Origin: an uncultured virus (IMG/VR IMGVR_UViG_3300023179_000076)
Taxonomy: Duplodnaviria; Heunggongvirae; Uroviricota; Caudoviricetes
Reading direction: 5' to 3' (one strand)
IMG/VR virus record: IMGVR_UViG_3300023179_000076
Span: 1-64,000 of that record
Length of the DNA: 64,000 bases
Made by a program: the position numbers and the translations under genes. The notes under the pieces were generated by a model. The model was not told where the DNA came from. It ran no database searches and saw only the letters and a program-made list of their open reading frames with translations. This document shows, one piece after another, positions 9,095 through 17,065 of this stretch (its first letter is position 1; each line of letters begins with the position of its first letter).

Positions 9095-11083
9095 ATGATT
9101 ATAACTTATTTCCGTAGTTCGTCTTATAATGCCCATTCTATGTGCGAACAACAATTTTTTTTTGAATATGTACTAGGATGGAGGGGCCCAAGTGGACAAA
9201 AGGCGGATAAAGGAACAATAGTCCATAAAGTTTTAGAAATTCTTGCCATGATCAAACAAGGTCAGCAAGATAAATTATCTCATATAAATGATGACGAATT
9301 CTTAGGTCTTATAGATATAAATGACTATAGTCTTAATACCATAATAGAAAAAGTATACAAGCATTATAGTACCGCTAATAGTCATCATACTTGGACTCTA
9401 AAAGATTATAAGGACTGCTATAATTGGGTTTACAAGGCTATAGAATTTAATGGCGGTATGTTTGATCCTAGAAATCGCACCATTCTTAGACCAGAACAAC
9501 ACTTTGATTTGGTAATAGAAAAACCATGGGCTAAATACGAGTATAATATTAATAATCAAAAACTAGATGGATATTTGGGCTTAAAAGGCACTATAGATCT
9601 TATAACTTTGGCTAATGATAATACTATTGAGGTCATAGATTGGAAAGGATTGCCATTAGATACAAAATTACCTACTCTTGACGGATGGACAACAATTGCA
9701 GATATAAATGTGGGATGTAATGTCTTTGATCAATACGGTAATATATGTCGCGTTGTTGGAAAATCAAAAGTCAAAACAAAAAAATGTTTCAGAGTAACTT
9801 TTGATGACAAAACATCGGTAATTTGTGACGATGAGCATTTATGGAAATTATCTAATGGTGAAACGGTATCTATACAGGATCTAGCTATTGGCGATACTAT
9901 TAATGTGACAAAACCATTAAAATGTAATGAACAATCCCTACCAATAGATCCTTATCTATTAGGAGTCTGGTTAGGAGACGGAAGAAATAGAGGCTGCGAG
10001 ATTAGTGGCAATGATACTGAAATTTTTGAAGAAATACAAGCAAGAGGTTATGAGCTAGGAAAAATTCAAAATGATAAAAGATCAAAAAATAAGACAGTAT
10101 CGATCCTAAATGTGACAAAAATACTAAAATCTTTAAATCTATTGAATAATAAACATATACCAAAAATTTATTTGAGAGCATCTTTTCAACAAAGGCTAGA
10201 CTTACTAAGGGGTTTGATGGATACAGACGGAAATGTAAATCCAATTAGAAAACAAACTGTGTTTACTTCTTGTAATAAAAAACTATCCGACGATGTTAAA
10301 GACCTACTTTTAACCCTTGGGCAAAGACCGAATCAAGCGTGTATTAAAAGAGATACAAATTACAAAAAAAACGTAATCATATATCCTATTTCGTTTCGTC
10401 CAATTGACATTAATCCTTTTCTATTGAACAGGAAAAAAGAACTTGTGGATGTAAATTGGGGATCTGGAAGATCTAGGGTTAGACGAGTTTCTAAAATAGA
10501 AGAATCGATTATACAAAAAACTCAATGCATTTCCGTAGACAGTCCAGACAATACTTATCTGTGTACAGAAAATTATATTCCAACACATAATACTGGACGA
10601 AGACTAGATTGGGCAACAGGTCAAGAAAAAACCCAAGAAAAGTTAGAGAAAGATCCACAACTTAAAATTTATCACTATGCTATTAAAAAATTATATCCGC
10701 ATATTGAAAATGTAATTTTTTCTATCTACTTTATTAATGATGGTGGTCCTTTTTCTATGGTATTTCACGATAGTGATTTAATAGATACAGAGAATATGCT
10801 AAGAGAAAAATTTGATATTATTAAGAAAACAAAACGACCTAAACTTAATAAAACATGGATGTGTAATAAATTATGTCATTTTGGTAAAACCACTTTTGAG
10901 AATACTAATATAGAACCTTTGCAGGAGTATAGAGATGGACAAATATGTCAAAAAGGATCTGTGATGACAAAGTGCGAACAAGTCAAGCACGACCTTGAAC
11001 TTTACGGGATCGATGCTACAATGAGTATGTACAAACACCCGAATCATTCTTTTGGATCTTACAAAGCACCAGGATCAGTATGA
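9095..11083 (+). CDS. PD-(D/E)XK (RecB/Cas4-like) nuclease containing an intein
   Basis: RSSSYN..CEQQ, KGTIVHKVLE, LKGTIDLI, IDWK|TG split by the intein, QLKIY, C-terminal Cys cluster CNKLCHF. Confidence 0.88.
   Translation: MIITYFRSSSYNAHSMCEQQFFFEYVLGWRGPSGQKADKGTIVHKVLEILAMIKQGQQDKLSHINDDEFLGLIDINDYSLNTIIEKVYKHYSTANSHHTWTLKDYKDCYNWVYKAIEFNGGMFDPRNRTILRPEQHFDLVIEKPWAKYEYNINNQKLDGYLGLKGTIDLITLANDNTIEVIDWKGLPLDTKLPTLDGWTTIADINVGCNVFDQYGNICRVVGKSKVKTKKCFRVTFDDKTSVICDDEHLWKLSNGETVSIQDLAIGDTINVTKPLKCNEQSLPIDPYLLGVWLGDGRNRGCEISGNDTEIFEEIQARGYELGKIQNDKRSKNKTVSILNVTKILKSLNLLNNKHIPKIYLRASFQQRLDLLRGLMDTDGNVNPIRKQTVFTSCNKKLSDDVKDLLLTLGQRPNQACIKRDTNYKKNVIIYPISFRPIDINPFLLNRKKELVDVNWGSGRSRVRRVSKIEESIIQKTQCISVDSPDNTYLCTENYIPTHNTGRRLDWATGQEKTQEKLEKDPQLKIYHYAIKKLYPHIENVIFSIYFINDGGPFSMVFHDSDLIDTENMLREKFDIIKKTKRPKLNKTWMCNKLCHFGKTTFENTNIEPLQEYRDGQICQKGSVMTKCEQVKHDLELYGIDATMSMYKHPNHSFGSYKAPGSV
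9647..10591 (+). mobile_element. Class 3 intein (315 aa) with LAGLIDADG endonuclease
   Basis: Block A GLPLDTKLPTLDGW, block B CDDEHLW, endonuclease motifs YLLGVWLGDG and LLRGLMDTDG, block F TQCISVD, block G NYIPTHN|T. Confidence 0.92.
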
Positions 11084-12378
11084 CCTATTCTGTTCTTCAT
11101 TGTCATTCGCATTTTAGTCTTTTGGATGGTCTTAATCGTCCAGAACAAATAGCCAATAGATGTTCTAAATTAGGCATTAATTCTTGTGCCTTAACCGATC
11201 ACGGTAACATCGCCGGTTCTGTACAATTCTATCAGAAAATGCGAAATAAAAATATAAAACCAATTCTTGGCTGTGAATTATATATATGTGAAGATGATCC
11301 GAGCATACAAACAAAAGAAAATGCTTCATTATCACATTTTTTGGTATTGGCGAAGAATTTGCAAGGATGGAAAACATTAATAAAGATTGTTTCCGAATCC
11401 AACAGGCCCGATTACTTTTATCATAAGCCACGTTTAAGTCTGGCGAAATTAGCAGAAATACTAGACGGTAATATTATAGGTATCTGTGGACATTTGGGAT
11501 CAACATTAGCAGATAAGATATTATGCGACGAATCCAAAGCTATAGATAATGGATTATCTTTTGTAGATTATATGAAAACTATATTTGGTAATGATAATTT
11601 TTTTCTAGAGACACAACTATTTGATCAAGCATATCTAAAACAACAAACATATTTAACAGATACAATAAGAAGAATCTCTCAATTAAGTAAAACAAAAGCG
11701 GTATGCACACCGGATGCTCATTATTGCGAACAAGATGATGCTATAGATCAAAGAATATTACTCTGTAATAATCTTAAAACAACATTATCAGATATAAATA
11801 CTAAGATGCTTCATAATCAATCTGTACCTATGGAGTGTTTCTTTAAAAGCGATAAATACTACATTCTGTCTCCAGAAGAAATGAAAACTCTTCATAATGA
11901 CGAAGAGATAGAAAACACTTTGTTTGTGGATAGTCTAATAGAAAATTTTGATATACTATCGCCACCTAAATTGCCTAAATTCGAATGTCCCGAAGGATTC
12001 TCTTCGGATGAATATTTAAGAGAATTATGTAGAAAAGGTTGGAAAAATAGAATTATACCGAATATTGACAAATCACAACAGGATATTTATGTTGATAGAA
12101 TAAAATATGAACTACAGGTTTTGCAAAATGCTGGGCTTAGTAGTTATTTTCTAATTGTTCAAGACATACTAAGATATGTTAAAAATAATAATTGGTTAGC
12201 AGGACCAGGACGAGGAAGCGCAGCCGGATGCTTGGTTTCTTATTTAATAGGTATTACAGATATAGACCCTATTAAACACGAATTACTATTTGAAAGATTT
12301 TATTCCGATGGCAGGAATGTAAAAGAACACATATCTTTTCCGGAATTTTCTATACAAACATTTAAAAATGGTGTATAA
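11080..12378 (+). CDS. dnaE: DNA polymerase III alpha, fragment 1 (PHP domain and first part of palm)
   Basis: LHCHSHFSLLDG, ALTDHG, PILGCE, DAHY, GPGRGSAAGCLVSYLIGITDIDP, LLFERF; stops with TAA before PDID. Confidence 0.93.
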   Translation: MTYSVLHCHSHFSLLDGLNRPEQIANRCSKLGINSCALTDHGNIAGSVQFYQKMRNKNIKPILGCELYICEDDPSIQTKENASLSHFLVLAKNLQGWKTLIKIVSESNRPDYFYHKPRLSLAKLAEILDGNIIGICGHLGSTLADKILCDESKAIDNGLSFVDYMKTIFGNDNFFLETQLFDQAYLKQQTYLTDTIRRISQLSKTKAVCTPDAHYCEQDDAIDQRILLCNNLKTTLSDINTKMLHNQSVPMECFFKSDKYYILSPEEMKTLHNDEEIENTLFVDSLIENFDILSPPKLPKFECPEGFSSDEYLRELCRKGWKNRIIPNIDKSQQDIYVDRIKYELQVLQNAGLSSYFLIVQDILRYVKNNNWLAGPGRGSAAGCLVSYLIGITDIDPIKHELLFERFYSDGRNVKEHISFPEFSIQTFKNGV

Positions 12379-12396
12379 ACAGTATAATTCCGGAGG
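12337..12396 (+). promoter_or_regulatory. Predicted RNA hairpin sequestering the endonuclease Shine-Dalgarno sequence
   Basis: TTTCCGGAATT (12337-47) pairs with AATTCCGGAGG (12386-96, two G-U pairs); TATACA pairs with TGTATA and CATT with AATG. The SD GGAGG at 12392-96 precedes ATG 12401. Confidence 0.65.
12370..12389 (+). promoter_or_regulatory. Putative phage promoter motif GGTGTATA-N5-TATAATT
   Basis: GGTGTATA AACAG TATAATT; same architecture recurs at 46242-46261 (-). Confidence 0.55.
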
Positions 12397-12400
12397 CAAT

Positions 12401-13219
12401 ATGAAAGCTAAAATAAAAGACTATAAAAATAAGAGCTATAATTTACTTACTATAATAACTTTAGTTTCGGATAGTAAAGGAGAAACAATTGCTAAGTGTA
12501 AATGTAAATGCGGCAATGTCTGTTATAAGAAACTATCTATGATAAAGATTAACCATGTTAAAAGTTGTGGTTGTTTAGCAAAATCAACTAGATTTACTAA
12601 AAATAGTAAAAAAAAATTATTAAATGATTTCTCTAAATTAGATGCCGCATCAGCTTATTGGCTTGGTTTTATTTTTGGCGATGGAAATATTAGTGATAGT
12701 AATAAGCTACAATTATGCTTGGGATCAGAATCAAAAAAACATTTGATTAAATTTTCTAAATTTTTAATAGGCTCTAATATAGTAAAAGACTACGATAATA
12801 GGTGTACATTTCAATTTACTAGTGATATTTTAGCAAATAATATATCAAAATATGGTATTATACCAAGAAAAACATGGCATAGTACTTTAAAATTACCGTC
12901 GGATCAATTATTATGGCCAGATTTTATAAGAGGATATTGGGATGCTGATGGATGGGTTAGTATAAAAAAACAAACCAATAAAAATAAAGTCTACACTGGT
13001 TACAACATAGGTATATGTTCATATCTTCCAGAAAATTTGGAAACAGTATCCAAAGCCTTACCTGTAAAATATAAAAAACCAACAAAAATAAAAAATAGAG
13101 ACTTGTATCAGTTAATATACCAAAACAAGAGTGAAATTAAAGTTATAGCAAAATATTTACTAAACAATCATTTATATATAGACTACAAATGGAAAAAAAT
13201 TCTACACTTACTAGACTAG
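12401..13219 (+). CDS. Free-standing LAGLIDADG homing endonuclease with Cys-rich N-terminal domain (ORF track start 12368)
   Basis: AYWLGFIFGDG and FIRGYWDADG dodecapeptide motifs; N-terminal KCKCKCGN...KSCGC; GGAGG before ATG 12401. Confidence 0.88.
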   Translation: MKAKIKDYKNKSYNLLTIITLVSDSKGETIAKCKCKCGNVCYKKLSMIKINHVKSCGCLAKSTRFTKNSKKKLLNDFSKLDAASAYWLGFIFGDGNISDSNKLQLCLGSESKKHLIKFSKFLIGSNIVKDYDNRCTFQFTSDILANNISKYGIIPRKTWHSTLKLPSDQLLWPDFIRGYWDADGWVSIKKQTNKNKVYTGYNIGICSYLPENLETVSKALPVKYKKPTKIKNRDLYQLIYQNKSEIKVIAKYLLNNHLYIDYKWKKILHLLD

Positions 13220-14073
13220 TACATGAGATTAAAAGCCAGCCTATAATCGAAAGGTTAGAACAAGAAAAAAATAATAGATTTCTTGAACATGAATGCTCTA
13301 TAGTTCTTTCGGCTCCAGAAAATATATCATACTATAATCATATAATAGTAAATAAAAATATTTTATCCGAAAACACTATTAATAGTTATATAATGTGGAT
13401 ATATGGTATTGTCGATCAGCTTGATAATACTCGTCCAATACAAAGCATTCCAGCCAGAATACAAATGCCAGATATCGATATAGATATCCCAATAGATAAA
13501 CGAGAACAAGTATTAGAATATATAAAAAGTAAATATGGATATGGCAAAGTATCACAAATGATTACTTTTAATACTATGAAAGGTAGAGGGGCGTTAAAAG
13601 ATGTGCTAAGAGTATATGGTAATATATCTTTCGAAGAAATGAATTCTATTACCAAATTTATTCCTGACGAAGCCAAAATAGCCGACGAACTTCAAGAGAT
13701 GAAAGAAGATACCGGAGAAGCCTCGATTATTAGATGGGCTTTAGAGAATAACACAGACAAACTGAAAGAATGGTGCTATATAGCAGAAGATGGTTCGTTG
13801 GCTGGTCCATTATCGAAAAGATTTGAACAGGCCATAAGGCTTGAAGGAACAAAATCCAACCAAAGCAAACACGCTGCTGGTGTAATAATAGGTACCGAAG
13901 ATCTTGCATCTCTGTGTCCTATGGTCTATGATAATAGAAATGATCAGCTGATAGCAGGCATGGAGATGAACGATCTAGAGAGTTTGGGTTTAATTAAATT
14001 TGATATATTGGGTATAGCTTATTTAGACAAAATCATGTCTGTATCAGAATACTTAAAAAATGGAGAACTATAA
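13189..14073 (+). CDS. dnaE: DNA polymerase III alpha, fragment 2 (catalytic palm/thumb) with a 92-aa N-terminal extension
   Basis: MPDIDID (starts 13465), KVSQMITF, ALKDVLR, SKHAAGVII, GLIKFDILG; all three catalytic Asp are present. Confidence 0.92.
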   Translation: MEKNSTLTRLVHEIKSQPIIERLEQEKNNRFLEHECSIVLSAPENISYYNHIIVNKNILSENTINSYIMWIYGIVDQLDNTRPIQSIPARIQMPDIDIDIPIDKREQVLEYIKSKYGYGKVSQMITFNTMKGRGALKDVLRVYGNISFEEMNSITKFIPDEAKIADELQEMKEDTGEASIIRWALENNTDKLKEWCYIAEDGSLAGPLSKRFEQAIRLEGTKSNQSKHAAGVIIGTEDLASLCPMVYDNRNDQLIAGMEMNDLESLGLIKFDILGIAYLDKIMSVSEYLKNGEL

Positions 14074-14255
14074 TGTTAACAAAAACATTAGATCAAGTTG
14101 CTGTAGGCGAAAATTTTAAAGTTAATAATGTAGAGTATACTAAGATTCAAGAGGTTAGAGTAAGTTGTTGCAGAAGCGCTAATTGTCACGTTGTTGCAGA
14201 TAGTAATCAAAGGACTTTTTTCCCAGGAAACACAGTAGTGGAGACAAATGGCTAA
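14073..14255 (+). CDS. Small hypothetical protein
   Basis: 60-aa ORF coupled by overlaps to dnaE fragment 2 and dnaQ. Confidence 0.6.
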   Translation: MLTKTLDQVAVGENFKVNNVEYTKIQEVRVSCCRSANCHVVADSNQRTFFPGNTVVETNG

Positions 14256-14949
14256 TTTACAAAAAATTTGTGTGTTTGATTTAGAAACGGACGGGGCTAA
14301 TCCCGACCTTTGTAGCCCCGTTCAAATTGCTTCTCTGATAATAGATCCATATAAATTAGAAATTATCAAAGATTCAGAATTTAATATTAATCTAAAACCA
14401 TCCATATTAGATGAAAAACCTGACTATATATATGATGATAGTGATGTTCTTGATTTCCATGCCAAGGTTAGAGGATGTGAAAAAACTAAAATATTAGAGG
14501 ATTGGAAATCTTATCAAAATCAGGATAATGGATGGAAAATGTTTGTGTCTTATTTAGAGAAATATCACATAAGATCAGATAAAAAATCTTGTTTTACAGC
14601 GCCAATAGCCGCTGGATACAACATAAATAGATTCGATCTTAGAATTATAGAAAGACTAAGTACTAAATACAATAATGTCAATAAGGAGGGAAGAACATCT
14701 CTTTTTTATCCACGAGACGTTATAGATTTAATGAATGTGATATTTTATTGGTTCGAAGGAAATAACGAACTAAAAAACTATACATTAGATAATGTTAGAG
14801 AATATTTAGGTCTTGGCAATAGTGGATCTCATGACGCGCTAAACGATGTAAGAGCCACCGCTGATATTCTCATTAGATTTATGAAACTTCATAGAAATCT
14901 TGGTAATAAGGTTAAATTCAAAAACGCGTTCGCCGCAGCTTCTGCATAA
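14248..14949 (+). CDS. dnaQ: DEDDh 3'-5' exonuclease (DnaQ/epsilon-like)
   Basis: ExoI VFDLETDG, ExoII GYNINRFD, ExoIII HDALND. Confidence 0.88.
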   Translation: MANLQKICVFDLETDGANPDLCSPVQIASLIIDPYKLEIIKDSEFNINLKPSILDEKPDYIYDDSDVLDFHAKVRGCEKTKILEDWKSYQNQDNGWKMFVSYLEKYHIRSDKKSCFTAPIAAGYNINRFDLRIIERLSTKYNNVNKEGRTSLFYPRDVIDLMNVIFYWFEGNNELKNYTLDNVREYLGLGNSGSHDALNDVRATADILIRFMKLHRNLGNKVKFKNAFAAASA

Positions 14950-14954
14950 TATTT

Positions 14955-16568
14955 ATGAATCATCACTATACGTTTGATTGTGGTTGTAAATTTAAGGTAT
15001 TGGACTATACCCAGGATGGTATTCCTAGAATAGATTTCGATGGCAAACTAGAAAATCTAAATCTAGAATGTTCCAAAACATGGGATATGATAGCACAAGG
15101 AAACACAAAAGGCGTTTTCCAATTAGAGTCCAGACTAGGCTCTAGCATGTCCAAAAAACTTAAACCACAGAATATAGAGCAGCTTTCTGCATTGATTAGT
15201 ATTATGCGACCAGGATCGTTAGAGGCATATAGGGAAGGCAAAAGTATTAGTGATCATTATATAGACAAAAAAAATGGTCAAGAAGAATTAGACTATTTTC
15301 ATCCTTCTCTTGAGCCTTCATTAAAATCGACCTATGGCGAGATGATTTACCAAGAACAGGCCATGCAAATCGCTCAGGCGGTGGCTGGATTCGATCTTCA
15401 AGAGGCCGATATGCTTCGTAAGGCTATAGGCAAAAAGAAACCAGAAGAAATGGCCAAAATTAAAGTTAAATTCAAAGATGGTGTTAAAAAACTTAATATT
15501 GTGTCGGAAGATGAGAGCGAAGAAATTTTTGGTTGGATAGAAAAAAGTCAAAGATATAGTTTTAATAAGAGTCATGCTGTAAGCTATGCTATGAATGCAT
15601 ACTCATCAGCATATGCTAAAGCGCACTTCGCGAAAGTGTTTTTTGCATCATATTTAAAGTTCGCAAAAGACAAGATGGATCCACAAAAAGAAATCAAGGA
15701 ATTAATCAGGAACGCCACAGAAATGGATGTTACTGTTTGCGTTCCAGATTTAAGAAAACTTAATAAGCATTTTACCATAAATGATGATAAAATTTATTTT
15801 GGCTTAACAGATATAAAAGGGGTTGGTTATTCGGTATATGATAAGATCATAGAGATAATCAAAAATATTGATCTTAATTCCATATCATGGTATGGCTGTT
15901 TAGTAAAATTACTCAATAAAATAAACTCTACAGCCGCTAAGGCGCTAATATCATGTGGTTCTCTTGATTATTATCATATGTCACGCACACAAATGTTATT
16001 TGAATATGATATAATATCGGAATTAACATCTAGAGAATTAGATCTTTTAGATATAAACCAAAAACATCTAGGACAAGTTTTAGAGAATCTGCTAACTAAC
16101 AGCAAGATTAATACCAAACGAAAAACTAATATACAAAATTTAATTAAGCTATATGAAAATCCACCATACTCATTAAACGATAAAATAGAATGGTTATCTG
16201 ATACAGAAAATGCGTTGCTTGGAGCATCCATTACCTGTTTTAAAATAGATTCATACGATATCAGCATGACAAACTGTGATTGCAAAATGTTTAAACATAC
16301 CAATAATGTTAAAAATATTATTTTGGCTGGTGAAATTAGTAATATAAATTTTGTTAAAACAAAGAATGGGAAAAATGCTGGTGCAGAAATGGCTTTTGTT
16401 ACAATAGAGGACCAATATGCGTCCTTAGACTCGGTCATCTTATTTCCTGATCAATTGTCTAAATACCGAAACTATCTGTTTGAAGGAAATGTACTAATAT
16501 TTCTAGGTAATAAGAGTCCTAAAAAAGATTCTTTTATAGTAGAAAAATGTTTTATACCAAGGTCTTGA
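14955..16568 (+). CDS. dnaE: DNA polymerase III alpha, fragment 3 (fingers, HhH, OB fold)
   Basis: TKGVFQLES, MRPG, IYQEQ, EADMLRKAIGKK, YSFNKSHAVSYA, FGLTDIKGVG, EMAFVTIED. Confidence 0.93.
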   Translation: MNHHYTFDCGCKFKVLDYTQDGIPRIDFDGKLENLNLECSKTWDMIAQGNTKGVFQLESRLGSSMSKKLKPQNIEQLSALISIMRPGSLEAYREGKSISDHYIDKKNGQEELDYFHPSLEPSLKSTYGEMIYQEQAMQIAQAVAGFDLQEADMLRKAIGKKKPEEMAKIKVKFKDGVKKLNIVSEDESEEIFGWIEKSQRYSFNKSHAVSYAMNAYSSAYAKAHFAKVFFASYLKFAKDKMDPQKEIKELIRNATEMDVTVCVPDLRKLNKHFTINDDKIYFGLTDIKGVGYSVYDKIIEIIKNIDLNSISWYGCLVKLLNKINSTAAKALISCGSLDYYHMSRTQMLFEYDIISELTSRELDLLDINQKHLGQVLENLLTNSKINTKRKTNIQNLIKLYENPPYSLNDKIEWLSDTENALLGASITCFKIDSYDISMTNCDCKMFKHTNNVKNIILAGEISNINFVKTKNGKNAGAEMAFVTIEDQYASLDSVILFPDQLSKYRNYLFEGNVLIFLGNKSPKKDSFIVEKCFIPRS

Positions 16569-16592
16569 CAAAACGCTGCCGCTTGGTATAAT
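16565..16592 (+). promoter_or_regulatory. Consensus sigma70 promoter for ssb
   Basis: TTGACA-16 nt-TATAAT with extended -10 TG; SD AGGAG at 16621-25, ATG at 16634. Confidence 0.8.
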
Positions 16593-16633
16593 ATTGTATA
16601 GTTGTAGCGTTTTTACTTTTAGGAGTTTTGAAA

Positions 16634-17002
16634 ATGAATATTACATTGTTGAAGGGTAATCTTGCACGAGATCCTGAGTTAAGAGTTGTTAATCCAAATG
16701 GAAAACAAACTAGTGTGGTAAATTTTACCATTGCTGTTAATAGGGATTATGTAAAATCGAATGGAGAAAAAGATCGAATTACATCTTTTATTAATTGCGA
16801 AGCATGGGATAGCGGAGCCGAAACTATTGCTGAGTCACTAAAGAAAGGTGATCTGGTTATGGTTGAGGGGTCTCTTAGAAACGATACATGGGAAAAGGAT
16901 GGAGTTAAGCATAGTAGTCTAAAGGTTAGAGTTAATAACTTTTCAAAGATTACTAAGCTTAGTAGGTCGAAAACTGAAGAATCAGAAACAGTTGCTTTCT
17001 GA
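16634..17002 (+). CDS. ssb: Single-stranded DNA-binding protein
   Basis: MN...LKGNLARDPELR, VVNFTIAVNR, FINCEAW, LKKGDLVMVEGSLR; short acidic tail ending in F. Confidence 0.93.
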   Translation: MNITLLKGNLARDPELRVVNPNGKQTSVVNFTIAVNRDYVKSNGEKDRITSFINCEAWDSGAETIAESLKKGDLVMVEGSLRNDTWEKDGVKHSSLKVRVNNFSKITKLSRSKTEESETVAF

Positions 17003-17022
17003 CCAACACTAAAGGAATGTAT

Positions 17023-17059
17023 ATAGAATATTGGGGGTGAAATATCCCCCGTATTCTAT
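17023..17059 (+). terminator. Stable stem-loop between ssb and the glycosyltransferase (terminator, processing or stability hairpin)
   Basis: ATAGAATA-TT-GGGGG-loop-CCCCC-G-TATTCTAT; no clean U tract follows. Confidence 0.55.
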
Positions 17060-17065
17060 TCCATA

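Noticed and set aside
9095..11083. CRISPR-Cas system suggested by the Cas4-like nuclease
   Set aside because: No repeat-spacer array or other cas genes; solo nucleases of this type are common in phage replication modules
12360..13200. Frameshifting, readthrough or ribosomal hopping that fuses dnaE fragment 1, the endonuclease and fragment 2
   Set aside because: Fragment 1 ends in TAA, the A7 run at 13193-13199 is not a canonical in-frame slippery heptamer, and the gap is far longer than known bypasses
12320..13464. Group I intron interrupting dnaE (fragments 1 and 2 are in the same frame)
   Set aside because: The interval is fully covered by overlapping ORFs, no convincing P7 GACUA/UAGUC pairing was found, and the 92-codon extension is stop-free and DnaE-like. 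An Infernal search and RT-PCR are needed to exclude it formally.
12300..15100. Split inteins joining the DnaE fragments
   Set aside because: No intein block A/B at fragment ends and no HN|C/S/T at fragment starts
15980..16005. QMLF as a beta-clamp-binding motif in dnaE fragment 3
   Set aside because: It falls in the helix directly after the HhH motif rather than the expected clamp-binding loop; too weak to call
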